DNA from: Balanoglossus misakiensis
Lineage: Eukaryota > Animalia > Hemichordata
Assembly: GCA_040954595.2 (NCBI GenBank)
Contig: CM082598.2
Location: forward strand, 9,129,097 to 9,193,096
DNA: 64,000 nucleotides
Reading direction: 5' to 3'
Under the pieces are notes generated by a model, which saw only the letters and a list, made by a program, of their open reading frames with translations, did no database searches and was not told the origin of the DNA. A program made the translations under genes and the position numbers. The stretch's first letter is position 1, and each line of letters opens with the position of its first letter. Below are positions 30,001-41,487 of the stretch, piece after piece.

Positions 30001-33000
30001 TGTTGCCGCCATTATTGGGCGGGGAGAAATGATGGCAGAGAATTTGTTGCCGCCATTCTTGGGAGGGGAGAAATGATGTCAGAGAATTTGTTGCCGCCAT
30101 TCTTGGGAGGGGAGAAATGATGGCTGATAATTTGTTGCCGCCATTCTTGGGCGGGGACAAATTATGGCAGAGAATTTGTTTCCGCCATTCTTTGGAGAGG
30201 AGAAATGATGGCAGAGAATATATTGCCGCCATCCTTGGGAGGGGAGAAATAACGGCTGAGTGTTTGTTGCCGCCATTCTTGGGAGGGGAGAAATGATGGC
30301 TGAGAATTTGTTGCCGCCATTCTTGGGAGGGGAGAAATGATGGCTGAGAATTTGTTGCCGCCATTCTTGGGAGGGGAGAAATGATGGCTGATAATTTGTT
30401 GCCGCCATTCTTGGGCGGGGACAAATGATGGCAGAGAATTTGTTTCCGCCATTCTTTGGAGGGGAGAAATGATAGCAGAGAATATATTGCCACCATCCTT
30501 GGGAGGGGAGAAATAACGGCTGAGTGTTTGTTGCCGCCATTCTTGGGAGGGGAGAAATGATGGCTGAGAATTTGTTGCCGCCATTCTTGGGAGGGGAGAA
30601 ATGATGGCTGAGAATTTGTTGCCGCCATTCTTTGTAGTGGAGAAACGATGGCAGAGAGTTTGTTGCCGCCATTCTTGGGAGGGGAGAAACGATGGCTGAG
30701 AATTTTTTGCCGCCATTCTTGGGAGGGGAAAAATAACGGCGGAGAGTTTGTTGCCGCCATTCTTGGGAGGGGAGAAATAACGGCTGAGAGTTTGTTGCCG
30801 CCATTCTTTGTAGTGGAGATAGAAATGATGGCAGAGAATTTATTGCCGCCATCCTTGGGAGGGGAGAAATAACGGCTGAGTGTTTGTTGCCGCCATTATT
30901 GGGCGGGGAGAAATGATGGCAGAGAATTTGTTGCCGCCATTCTTGGGAGGGGAGAAATGATGTCAGAGAATTTGTTGCCGCCATTCTTGGGCGGGGACAA
31001 ATGATGGCAGAGAATTTGTTTCCGCCATTCTTTGGAGAGGAGAAATGATGGCAGAGAATATATTGCCGCCATCCTTGGGAGGGGAGAAATAACGGCTGAG
31101 TGTTTGTTGCCGCCATTCTTGGGAGGGGAGAAATGATGGCTGAGAATTTGTTGCCGCCATTCTTGGGAGGGGATAAATGATGGCAGAGAATTTGTTGCCG
31201 CCATTCTTGGGAGGGGAGAAATGATGTCAGAGAATTTGTTGCCGCCATTCTTGGGAGGGGAGAAATGATGGCTGAGAATTTGTTGCCGCCATTCTTGGGA
31301 GGGGAGAAATGATGGCTGAGAATTTGTTGCCGCCATTCTTGGGAGGGGAGAAATAACGGCTGAGAGTTTGTTGCCGCCATTATTGGGAGGGGAGAATTGA
31401 TCGCAGAGAATTTGCTGCCGCCATTCTTTGGAGGGGAGAAATGATGGCTGAGAATTTGTTGCCGCCATTCTTTGGAGGGGAGAAATGATTGCAGAGAATT
31501 TATTGCCGCCTTCCTTGGGAGGGGAGAAATAACGGCGGAGAGTTTGTTGCCGACATTCTTGGGAGGGGAGAAATGATGGCAGAGAATATATTGCCGCCAT
31601 CCTTGGGAGGGGAGAAATAACGGCTGAGAGTTTGTTGCCGCCATTCTTTGTAGTGGAGAAACGATGGCAGAGAGTTTGTTGCCGCCATTCTTGGGAGGGG
31701 AGAAATGATGGCTGAGAATTTTTTGCCGCCATTCTTGGGAGGGGAAAATAACGGCGGAGAGTTTGTTGCCGCCATTCTTGGGAGGGGAGAAATGATGGCA
31801 GAGAATTTATTGCCGCCATCCTTGGGAGGGGAGAAATAACGGCTGAGAGTTTGTTGCCGCCATTCTTTGTAGTGGAGAAACGATGGCAGAGAGTTTGTTG
31901 CCGCCATTCTTGGGAGGGGAGAAATGATGGCTAAGAATTTGTTGCCGCCATTCTTGGGAGGGGGATGAGAAATAACGGCTGAGAGTTTGTTGCCGCCATT
32001 CTTGGGAGGGGAGAAATAACGGCTGAGAGTTTGTTGCCGCCATTATTGGGAGGGGAGAAATGATGGCAGAGAATTTGTTGCCGCCATTCTTGGGAGGGGA
32101 GAAATGATGGCTGAGAATTTGTTGCCGCCATTCTTTGGAGGGGAGAAATGATGGCAGAGAATTTATTGCCGCCTTCCTTGGGAGGGGAGAAATAACGGCT
32201 GAGAGTTTGTTGCCGCTATTCTTGGGCGGGGAGAAATGATGGCAGAGAATTTGTTGCCGCCATTCTTGGGAGGGGAGAAATGATGGCTGAGAATTTGTTG
32301 CCGCCATTCTTGGGAGGGGATAAATGATGGCAGAGAGTTTGTTGCCGCCATTCTTTGTAGTGGAGAAACGATGGCAGAGAGTTTGTTGCCGCCATTCTTG
32401 GGAGGGGAGAAATGATGGCTGAGAATTTTTTGCCGCCATTCTTGGGAGGGGAGAAATGATGGCTGAGAATTTGTTGCCGCCATTCTTGGGAGGGGAGAAA
32501 TGATGCCAGAGAATTTGTTGCCGCCATCCTTGGGAGGGGAGAAATAACGGCTGAGTGTTTGTTGCCGCCATTCTTGGGCGGGGAGAAATGATGGCAGAGA
32601 ATTTGTTGCCGCCATTCTTGGGAGGGGAGAAATGATGGCTGAGAATTTGTTGCCGCCATTCTTTGGAGGGGAGAAATGACGGCTGAGTGTTTGTTGCCGC
32701 CATTCTTGGGCGGGGAGAAATGATGGCTGAGAATTTGTTGCCGCCATTCTTGGGAGGGGAGAAATGATGTCAGAGAATTTGTTGCCGCCATTCTTAGGAG
32801 GGGAGAAATGATGGCTGATAATTTGTTGCCGCCATTCTTGGGCGGGGACAAATGATGGCAGAGAATTTGTTTCCGCCATTCTTTGGAGGGGAGAAATGAT
32901 GGCAGAGAATTTATTGCCGCCATCCGTGGGAGGGGAGAAATAACGGCTGAGTGTTTGTTGCCGCCATTCTTGGGAGGGGAGAAATGATGGCTGAGAATTT

Positions 33001-36000
33001 GTTGCCGCCATTCTTGGGAGGGGAGAAATGATGGCTGAGAATTTGTTGCCGCCATTCTTGGGAGGGGAGAAATGATGGCAGAGAATTTATTGCCGCCTTC
33101 CTTGGGAGGGGAGAAATAACCTCTGAGAGTTTGTTGCCGCCATTCTTGGGCGGGGAGGAATGATGGCAGAGAATTTGTTGCCGCCATTCTTTGGAGGGGA
33201 GAAATGATGGCAGAGAATTTATTGCCGCCATCCTTGGGAGGGGAGAAATAACGGCTGAGTGTTTGTTGCCGCCATTCTTGGGCGGGGAGAAATGATGGCA
33301 GAGAATTTGTTGCCGCCATTCTTGGGAGGGGAGAAATGATGTCAGAGAATTTGTTGCCGCCATTCTTGGGAGGGGAGAAATGATGGCTGATAATTTGTTG
33401 CCGCCATTCTTGGGCGGGGACAAATGATGGCAGAGAATTTGTTTCCGCCATTCTTTGGAGGGGAGAAATGATGGCAGAGAATTTATTGCCGCCATCCTTG
33501 GGAGGGGAGAAATAACGGCTGAGTGTTTGTTGCCGCCATTCTTGGGCGGGGAGAAATGATGGCAGAGAATTTGTTGCCGCCATTCTTGGGAGGGGAGAAA
33601 TGATGTCAGAGAATTTGTTGCCGCCATTCTTGGGAGGGGAGAAATGATGGCTGATAATTTGTTGCCGCCATTCTTGGGCGGGGACAAATGATGGCAGAGA
33701 ATTTGTTTCCGCCATTCTTTGGAGGGGAGAAATGATGTCAGAGAATTTGTTGCCGCCATTCTTGGGAGGGGAGAAATGATGGCTGATAATTTGTTGCCGC
33801 CATTCTTGGGCGGGGACAAATGATGGCAGAGAATTTGTTTCCGCCATTCTTTGGAGGGGAGAAATGATGGCAGAGAATTTATTGCCGCCATCCTTGGGAG
33901 GGGAGAAATAACGGCTGAGTGTTTGTTGCCGCCATACTTGGGAGGGGAGAAATGATGGCTGAGAATTTGTTGCCGCCATTCTTGGGAGGGGAGAAATGAT
34001 GGCTGAGAATTTGTTGCCGCCATTCTTGGGAGGGGAGAAATAACGGCTGAGTGTTTGTTGCCGCCATTATTGGGAGGGGAGAAATGATGGCAGAGAATTT
34101 GTTGCCGCCATTCTTGGGAGGGGAGAAATGATGGCTGAGAATTTGTTGCCGCCATTCTTTGGAGGGGAGAAATGATGGCAGAGAATTTATTGCCGCATTC
34201 CTTGGGAGGGGAGAAATGATGGCAGAGAATTTATTGCCGCCATCCTTGGGAGCGGAGAAATAACGGCTGAGAGTTTGTTGCCGCCATCCTTGGGAGGGGA
34301 GAAATAACGGCTTAGAATTTGTTGCCGCCATTCTTGGGAGGGGAGAAATGATGGCAGAGAGTTTGTTGCCGCCATTCTTTGTAGTGGAGAAACGATGGCA
34401 GAGAGTTTGTTGCCGCCATTCTTGGGAGGGGAGAAATGATGGCTGAGAATTTTTTGCCGCCATTCTTGGGAGGGGAGAAATAACGGCGGAGAGTTTGTTG
34501 CCGCCATTCTTGGGAGGGGAGAAATGATGGCAGAGAATTTATTGCCGCCATCCTTGGGAGGGGAGAAATAACGGTTGAGAGTTTGTTGCCGCCATTCTTT
34601 GTAGTGGAGAAACGATGGCAGAGAGTTTGTTGCCGCCATTCTTGGGAGGGGAGAAATGATGGCTGAGAATTTTTTGCCGCCATTCTTGGGAGGGGAGAAA
34701 TAACGGCGGAGAGTTTGTTGCCGCCATTCTTGGGAGGGGAGAAATGATGGCAGAGAATTTATTGCCGCCATCCTTGGGAGGGGAGAAATAACGGTTGAGA
34801 GTTTGTTGCCGCCATTCTTTGTAGTGGAGAAACGATGGCAGAGAGTTTGTTGCCGCCATTCTTTGGAGGGGAGAAATGATGGCTGAGAATTTGTTGCCGG
34901 CATTCTTGGGAGGGGAGAAATGATGGCTGAGAATTTGTTGCCGCCATTCTTGGGAGGGGAGAAACGATGGCAGAGAATATATTGCCGCCATCCTTGGAAG
35001 GGGAGAAATAACGGCTGAGAGTTTGTTGCCGCCATTCTTGGGAGGGGAGAAATGATGGCAGAGAATTTGTTGCCGCCATTCTTGGGAGGGGAGAAATGAT
35101 GGCTGAGAATTTGTTGCCGCCATTCTTTGGAGGGGAGAAATGATGGCAGAGAATTTATTGCCGCCTTCCTTGGGAGGGGAGAAATGATGGCAGAGAATTT
35201 ATTGCCGCCTTCCTTGGGAGGGGAGAAATGATGGCAGAGAATTTATTGCCGCCATTCTTGGGAGGGGAGAAATGATGGCAGAGAATTTATTGCCGCCATC
35301 CTTGGGAGGGGAGAAATAACGGCTGAGAATTTGTTGCCGCCATTCTTGGGAGGGGAGAAATGATGGCAGAGAGTTTGTTGCCGCCATTCTTTGTAGTGGA
35401 GAAACGATGGCAGAGAGTTTGTTGCCGCCATTCTTGGGAGGGGAGAAATGATGGCTGAGAATTTTTTGCCGCCATTCTTGGGAGGGGAGAAATAACGGCG
35501 GAGAGTTTGTTGCCGCCATTCTTGGGAGGGGAGAAATGATGGCAGAGAATTTATTGCCGCCATCCTTGGGAGGGGAGAAATAACGGTTGAGAGTTTGTTG
35601 CCGCCATTCTTTGTAGTGGAGAAACGATGGCAGAGAGTTTGTTGCCGCCATTCTTGGGAGGGGAGAAATGATGGCTGAGAATTTGTTGCCGGCATTCTTG
35701 GGAGGGGAGAAATGATGGCTGAGAATTTGTTGCCGCCATTCTTGGGAGGGGAGAAACGATGGCAGAGAATATATTGCCGCCATCCTTGGAAGGGGAGAAA
35801 TAACGGCTGAGAGTTTGTTGCCGCCATTCTTGGGAGGGGAGAAATAACGGCGGATAGTTTGTTGCCGCCATTCTTTGTAGTGGAGAAACGATGGCAGAGA
35901 GTTTGTTGCCGCCATTCTTGGGAGGGGAGAAATGATGGCTGAGAATTTGTTGCCGCCATTCTTGGGAGGGGAGAAATAACGGCGGAGAGTTTGTTGCCGC

Positions 36001-39000
36001 CATTCTTGGGAGGGGAGAAATGATGGCAGAGAATTTATTGCCGCCATCCTTGGGAGGGGAGAAATAACGGCTGAGTGTTTGTTGCCGCCATTCTTGGGCG
36101 GGGAGAAATGATGGCAGAGAATTTGTTGCCGCCATTCTTGGGAGGGGAGAAATGATGCCAGAGAATTTATTGCCGCCATTCTTGGGAGGGGAGAAATGAT
36201 GGCAGAGAATTTATTGCCGCCATCCTTGGGAGGGGAGAAATAACGGCTGAGAATTTGTTGCCGCCATTCTTGGGAGGGGAGAAATGATGGCAGAGAGTTT
36301 GTTGCCGCCATTCTTTGTAGTGGAGAAACGATGGCAGAGTGTTTGTTGCCGCCATTCTTGGGAGGGGAGAAATGATGGCTGAGAATTTTTTGCCGCCATT
36401 CTTGGGAGGGGAGAAATAACGGCGGAGAGTTTGTTGCCGCCATTCTTGGGAGGGGAGAAATGATGGCAGAGAATTTATTGCCGCCATCCTTGGGAGGGGA
36501 GAAATAACGGTTGAGAGTTTGTTGCCGCCATTCTTTGTTGTGGAGAAACGATGGCAGAGAGTTTGTTGCCGCCATTCTTGGGAGGGGAGAAATGATGGCT
36601 GAGAATTTGTTGCCGGCATTCTTGGGAGGGGAGAAATGATGGCTGAGAATTTGTTGCCGCCATTCTTGGGAGGGGAGAAACGATGGCAGAGAATATATTG
36701 CCGCCATCCTTGGAAGGGGAGAAATAACGGCTGAGAGTTTGTTGCCGCCATTCTTGGGAGGGGAGAAATAACGGCGGATAGTTTGTTGCCGCCATTCTTT
36801 GTAGTGGAGAAACGATGGCAGAGAGTTTGTTTCCGCCATTCTTGGGAGGGGAGAAATGATGGCTGAGAATTTGTTGCCGCCATTCTTGGGAGGGGAGAAA
36901 TAACGGCGGAGAGTTTGTTGCCGCCATTCTTGGGAGGGGAGAAATGATGGCAGAGAATATATTGCCGCCATCCTTGGGAGGAAAGAAATAACGGCTGAGA
37001 GTTTGTTGCCGCCATTCTTTGTAGTGGAGAAACGATGGCAGAGAGTTTGTTGCCGCCATTCTTGGGAGGGGAGAAATAACGGCGGAGAGTTTGTTGCCGC
37101 CATTCTTGGGAGGGGAGAAATGATGGCAGAGAATTTATTGCCGCCATCCTTGGGAGCGGAGAAATAACGGCTGAGAGTTTGTTGCCGCCATTCTTGGGAG
37201 GGGAGAAATGATTGCAGAGAATTTGTTGCCGCCATTCTTGGGAGGGGAGAAATGATGGCTGAGAATTTGTTGCCGCCATTCTTTGGAGGGGAGAAATGAT
37301 TGCAGAGAATTTATTGCCGCCTTCCTTGGGAGGGGAGAAATAACGGCGGAGAGTTTGTTGCCGACATTCTTGGGGGAGGAGAAATGATGGCAGAGAATAT
37401 ATTGCCGCCATCCTTGAGAGGGGAGAAATAACGGCTGAGAGTTTGTTGCCGCCATTCTTTGTAGTGGAGAAACGATGGCAGAGAGTTTGTTGCCGCCATT
37501 CTTGGGAGGGGAGAAATGATGGCTGAGAATTTGTTGCCGCCATTCTTTGTAGTGGACAAACGATGGCAGAGAGTTTGTTGCCGCCATTCTTGGGAGGGGT
37601 GAAATGATGGCTGAGAATTTTTTGCCGCCATTCTTGGGAGGGGAAAAATAACGGCGGAGAGTTTGTTGCCGCCATTCTTGGGAGGGGAGAAATGATGGCA
37701 GAGAATTTATTGCCGCCATCCTTGGGAGGGGAGAAATAACGGCTGAGAGTTTGTTGCCGCCATTCTTTGTAGTGGAGATAGCAACGATGGCAGAGAGTTT
37801 GTTGCCGCCATTCTTGGGAGGGGAGAAATGATGGCTGAGATTTTGTTGCCGCCATTCTTGGGAGGGGATAAATGATGGCAGAGAATTTGTTGCCGCCATT
37901 CTTGGGAGGGGAGAAATGATGTCAGAGAATTTGTTGCCGCCATTCTTGGGAGGGGAGAAATGATGGCTGATAATTTGTTGCCGCCATTCTTGGGCGGGGA
38001 CAAATGATGGCAGAGAATTTGTTTCCGCCATTCTTTGGAGGGGAGAAATGATGGCAGAGAATATATTGCCGCCATCCTTGGGAGGGGAGAAATAACGGCT
38101 GAGTGTTTGTTGCCGCCATTCTTGGGAGGGGAGAAATGATGGCTGAGAATTTGTTGCCGCCATTCTTGGGAGCGGAGAAATGATGGCTGAGAATTTGTTG
38201 CCGCCATTCTTGGGAGGGGAGAAATAACGGCTGAGAGTTTGTTGCCGCCATTATTGGGAGGGGAGAAATGATGGCAGAGAATTTGTTGCCGCCATTCTTG
38301 GGAGGGAAGAAATGATGGCTGAGAATTTGTTGCCGCCATTCTTTGGAGGGGAGAAATGATGGCAGAGAATTTATTGCCGCCTTCCTTGGGAGGGGAGAAA
38401 TGATGGCTGAGAATATATTGCCGCCTTCCTTGGGAGGGGAGAAATAACGGCTGAGAGTTTGTTGCCGCCATTCTTTGTAGTGGAGAAACGATGGCAGAGA
38501 GTTTGTTGCCGCCATTCTTGTGAGGGGAGAAATGATGGCTGAGAATTTGTTGCCGCCATTCTTGGGAGGGGAGAAATGATGGCTGAGAATTTGTTGCCGC
38601 CATTCTTGGGAGGGGAGAAATAACGGCTGAGAGTTTGTTGCCGCCATTATTGGGAGGGGAGAAATGATCGCAGAGAATTTGTTGCCGCCATTCTTGGGAG
38701 GGGAGAAATGATGGCTGAGAATTTGTTGCCGCCATTCTTTGGAGGGGAGAAATGATTGCAGAGAATTTATTGCCGCCTTCCTTGGGAGGGGAGAAATAAC
38801 GGCGGAGAGTTTGTTGCCGACATTCTTGGGAGGGGAGAAATGATGGCAGAGAATATATTGCCGCCATCCTTGGGAGGGGAGAAATAACGGCTGAGAGTTT
38901 GTTGCCGCCATTCTTTGTAGTGGAGAAACGATGGCAGAGAGTTTGTTGCCGCCATTCTTGGGAGGGGAGAAATGATGGCTGAGAATTTGTTGCCGCCATT

Positions 39001-39376
39001 CTTTGTAGTGGACAAACGATGGCAGAGAGTTTGTTGCCGCCATTCTTGGGAGGGGTGAAATGATGGCTGAGAATTTTTTGCCGCCATTCTTGGGAGGGGA
39101 AAAATAACGGCGGAGAGTTTGTTGCCGCCATTCTTGGGAGGGGAGAAATGATGGCAGAGAATTTATTGCCGCCATCCTTGGGAGGGGAGAAATAACGGCT
39201 GAGAGTTTGTTGCCGCCATTCTTTGTAGTGGAGATAGCAACGATGGCAGAGAGTTTGTTGCCGCCATTCTTGGGAGGGGAGAAATGATGGCTGAGATTTT
39301 GTTGCCGCCATTCTTGGGAGGGGATAAATGATGGCAGAGAATTTGTTGCCGTCATTCTTGGGAGGGGAGAAATGAT
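1..39376. repeat. 44-bp tandem satellite array (left arm), roughly 890 monomers, with local higher-order repeats
   Basis: Continuous head-to-tail copies of GGAGGGGAGAAATGATGGC(T/A)GAGAATTTGTTGCCGCCATTCTTG with recurrent variants (TAACGG for TGATGG, TTGTAGTGG or TTGTAGGGG for TTGGGAGGGG, etc.). All monomers are in the same orientation. The array runs off the window start and stops mid-monomer at ...GAGAAATGAT (39376). Confidence 0.99.
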
Positions 39377-39453
39377 ATAATATTTAAAGCCTAATCACTC
39401 CGCTCAATGATATACCTATTATTATAAGGAATGGGTTAAAGAGCCTGATGTTG
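39377..39453 (-). repeat. Split direct repeat B2 (3' terminal copy, 77 bp)
   Basis: Identical to 39699-39775. Separated from A2 by an approximately 130-bp unique spacer. Confidence 0.95.
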
Positions 39454-39591
39454 GTAATCATGAGCGAAATGATAAAAAGGGGGTGGGCGGGTGGGCGAAC
39501 ACCTTACCCGATCCCCACTTCCTCCTACATAGTCACCTTATCCCCCTCCTGGGTACTCGATCCTAATTACATCTTAACTTCTATAAGTCTA

Positions 39592-39698
39592 GAAGCAAGG
39601 GATTGGCCACAAGTAGCATTCTCTTCTTACTTATATACACTGGTCTTATGAATATTCATGGCGTAATAATCTCGCTATGTGATAAGGCTTTGAATAAT
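39592..39698 (-). repeat. Split direct repeat A2 (internal copy, 107 bp)
   Basis: Identical to 45743-45849 and directly abuts B1. Confidence 0.95.
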
Positions 39699-39720
39699 AT
39701 AATATTTAAAGCCTAATCAC
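39679..39720. other. Putative recombinase attachment site at the internal B1/A2 (circle-junction) boundary
   Basis: GTGATAAGGCTTTGAATA-ATATAA-TATTTAAAGCCTAATCAC has 18-bp inverted arms (16/18 match) around a 6-bp spacer. The element termini correspond to a cut inside the spacer. Confidence 0.7.
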
Positions 39721-39775
39721 TCCGCTCAATGATATACCTATTATTATAAGGAATGGGTTAAAGAGCCTGATGTTG
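39699..39775 (-). repeat. Split direct repeat B1 (internal copy, 77 bp)
   Basis: ATAATATTTAAAGCCTAATCAC...GAGCCTGATGTTG is identical to 39377-39453. Confidence 0.95.
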
Positions 39776-39932
39776 TCCATTTGCCCGCGATATTCATTAT
39801 TTATAAAACTCTCCTCAAAGATTCCCCCACCTAAATCCCCAATCCTCAAACCTCAATCCCCACTCCCCCCACTGGTTTACGTCAATAAGGAAACGGACGA
39901 AAGAGGAGTGTCCAAGCCACAAGTATATACTA

Positions 39933-39938
39933 TTTATT
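39933..39938 (-). terminator. Candidate poly(A) signal after YR
   Basis: AATAAA (ATAATAAATA) about 60 nt past the YR stop. Confidence 0.4.
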
Positions 39939-39999
39939 ATATTGAAACTACCATGTAGCTGCGTATAATATAACAGATCACAGAAAAGTCGCCCACATT

Positions 40000-41268
40000 T
40001 TACTTGGCCTGAAAAGCCCTTGTGAATCCAACCAGTTTCTCAGTTGCATTATACCTTTCAATATGTCGCATGGAGGCAAGCAAATCCTCCGTTCTATTGC
40101 CTTGGCGGCCAATATTGGCAACAACTGACAGCTTAGTATAATAATCAGCCATCTTCTCAGTTTTCCAACCCACATGACTCATGACTTCATCTACGTGAGC
40201 ACCCGCTAACGACATAGTGATAGCACACGCACTTCTCAGACTGTGTGGTGTCTCACCTTCATCCATATTAAGTGATTGTAAATAAAGTTTAAGCCGATGA
40301 TATATAACCTGCGATGACAAAGGTTTGTTCTCTATATCACCATTAGGTTTAGTGGGTCTAAACAAATACCCAGTCATGATATCTACACCTAGATTTAAAG
40401 ACAAATCAATATATCGCTCTAAAGTATTTACAGGACACAAACGGGTATCCGCACATCTCTTAAGTACAAACATATTTGAATTACATCCACGAAGAGTCTT
40501 CCCAAATGTATGATTGAAAAGCAAACCTGAATTATCGGGGAAACGAAGAACCTCCTGTGTCTTAATGTGACCCAGATCCCCTGCTCTATCACCTGAGAAA
40601 AATAAAAGCTTAAACACGGCCATGTCTCTAGCATATATATATGCTAAGAGTGGTGACGAACATGAAGAGAGTAACTTTAACAAATGCTCAAAGACGCAAA
40701 TGACCTTCGGCAAAAATAACGGCTTAGCCTGTCTGACTGTCACATTCGCTTGTGCCTGCTCCTCAGAGATTTTCTTTAAATACCTTTGCACCATTATACT
40801 ATCAGTGGGGTTACAAAAACGCTGATTCGGATTTTCTTTTTGTCGTGCTTGAAAATATGAAGAGATCTTAGATATCATGTTTTTGGCTGAACCTATCCTC
40901 AGACGTTTAGGACAACCGCATGGCGCACGACCAGGCTGACCTAAGTATGCACATGTGTAACGATGGACTTGCGTTTTCGCATCTTTATCCTTAAAGACTA
41001 AAAACCTAACAATATCGTGCGGGCTAGCTCGGCTTACAGGCTTGGGCACAGGGAGTCTTGCAAGGAATAACTCAAGTTCTTGTATTAAGCGGTCTTTCTG
41101 TTTCTCATACGGAGATCGATCCCCTAATAAATCCGAGATACGTTGGTCGATATGATGAAGGTCAACACCGTTGAAGTCATTTAAACCGGTTCCTTGGATC
41201 GCTTTTGATGAACAGACACCACATGACTGAGATGTTGTATCATTCAAAGCACCACAAATCCAACATGT
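40000..41268 (-). CDS. Tyrosine recombinase with N-terminal C4 zinc finger and ALOG-type DNA-binding domain (probably a spliced terminal exon)
   Basis: Catalytic set R (GDRAGDL), K (GKTLRG), HxxR (HSLR), W (VGW) and Y (DYYTK) is present. The ALOG-like segment reads FLVFKDKDAKTQVHRYTC...PCGCPKRLRIGS...NPTDSIMVQRYLKKISEEQAQA. The frame is open 7 codons upstream of the track's TTG start (TCWICGALNDTTSQSCGVC), back to a TTCTTCTAG acceptor at 41269. Confidence 0.93.
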   Translation of the reverse strand, partial: TCWICGALNDTTSQSCGVCSSKAIQGTGLNDFNGVDLHHIDQRISDLLGDRSPYEKQKDRLIQELELFLARLPVPKPVSRASPHDIVRFLVFKDKDAKTQVHRYTCAYLGQPGRAPCGCPKRLRIGSAKNMISKISSYFQARQKENPNQRFCNPTDSIMVQRYLKKISEEQAQANVTVRQAKPLFLPKVICVFEHLLKLLSSCSSPLLAYIYARDMAVFKLLFFSGDRAGDLGHIKTQEVLRFPDNSGLLFNHTFGKTLRGCNSNMFVLKRCADTRLCPVNTLERYIDLSLNLGVDIMTGYLFRPTKPNGDIENKPLSSQVIYHRLKLYLQSLNMDEGETPHSLRSACAITMSLAGAHVDEVMSHVGWKTEKMADYYTKLSVVANIGRQGNRTEDLLASMRHIERYNATEKLVGFTRAFQAK

Positions 41269-41322
41269 CTAGAAGAAATCATAAGAGACACCCATTCATC
41301 AGTCTACTAAGACATAAAATAT

Positions 41323-41332
41323 TTTATTTATT
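41323..41332 (-). terminator. Candidate poly(A) signal after pol
   Basis: Two overlapping AATAAA in ATGAAATAAATAAAAT, about 160 nt past the pol stop. Same ATGAAATAAATA context as after gag. Confidence 0.45.
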
Positions 41333-41487
41333 TCATACCAGATAATATTGACATTAATAGAAGATACACTTATAATATCTCTATCAAAATCCTAACGATC
41401 TTTTGCAATACTACAAATTCACCAAAGAAGAAAAACCATTTACTGTATACCCATCATATATCCCATAAATAGTAACAACTACATGAT

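Noticed and set aside
1-39376. CRISPR-like array (conserved GTTGCCGCCATTCTTG with variable intervening bases)
   Set aside because: The intervening sequence is a homologous part of the monomer, not unique spacers. There are no cas genes and the context is eukaryotic.
39445-39472. Hammerhead-ribozyme-like CTGATG...GAAA
   Set aside because: The core reads CTGATGT rather than CTGANGA, and I could not build the required stems.
39916-39925. GCCACAAGTA repeated from repeat A (39606-39615)
   Set aside because: Only 10 bp with no flanking similarity, which is compatible with chance.
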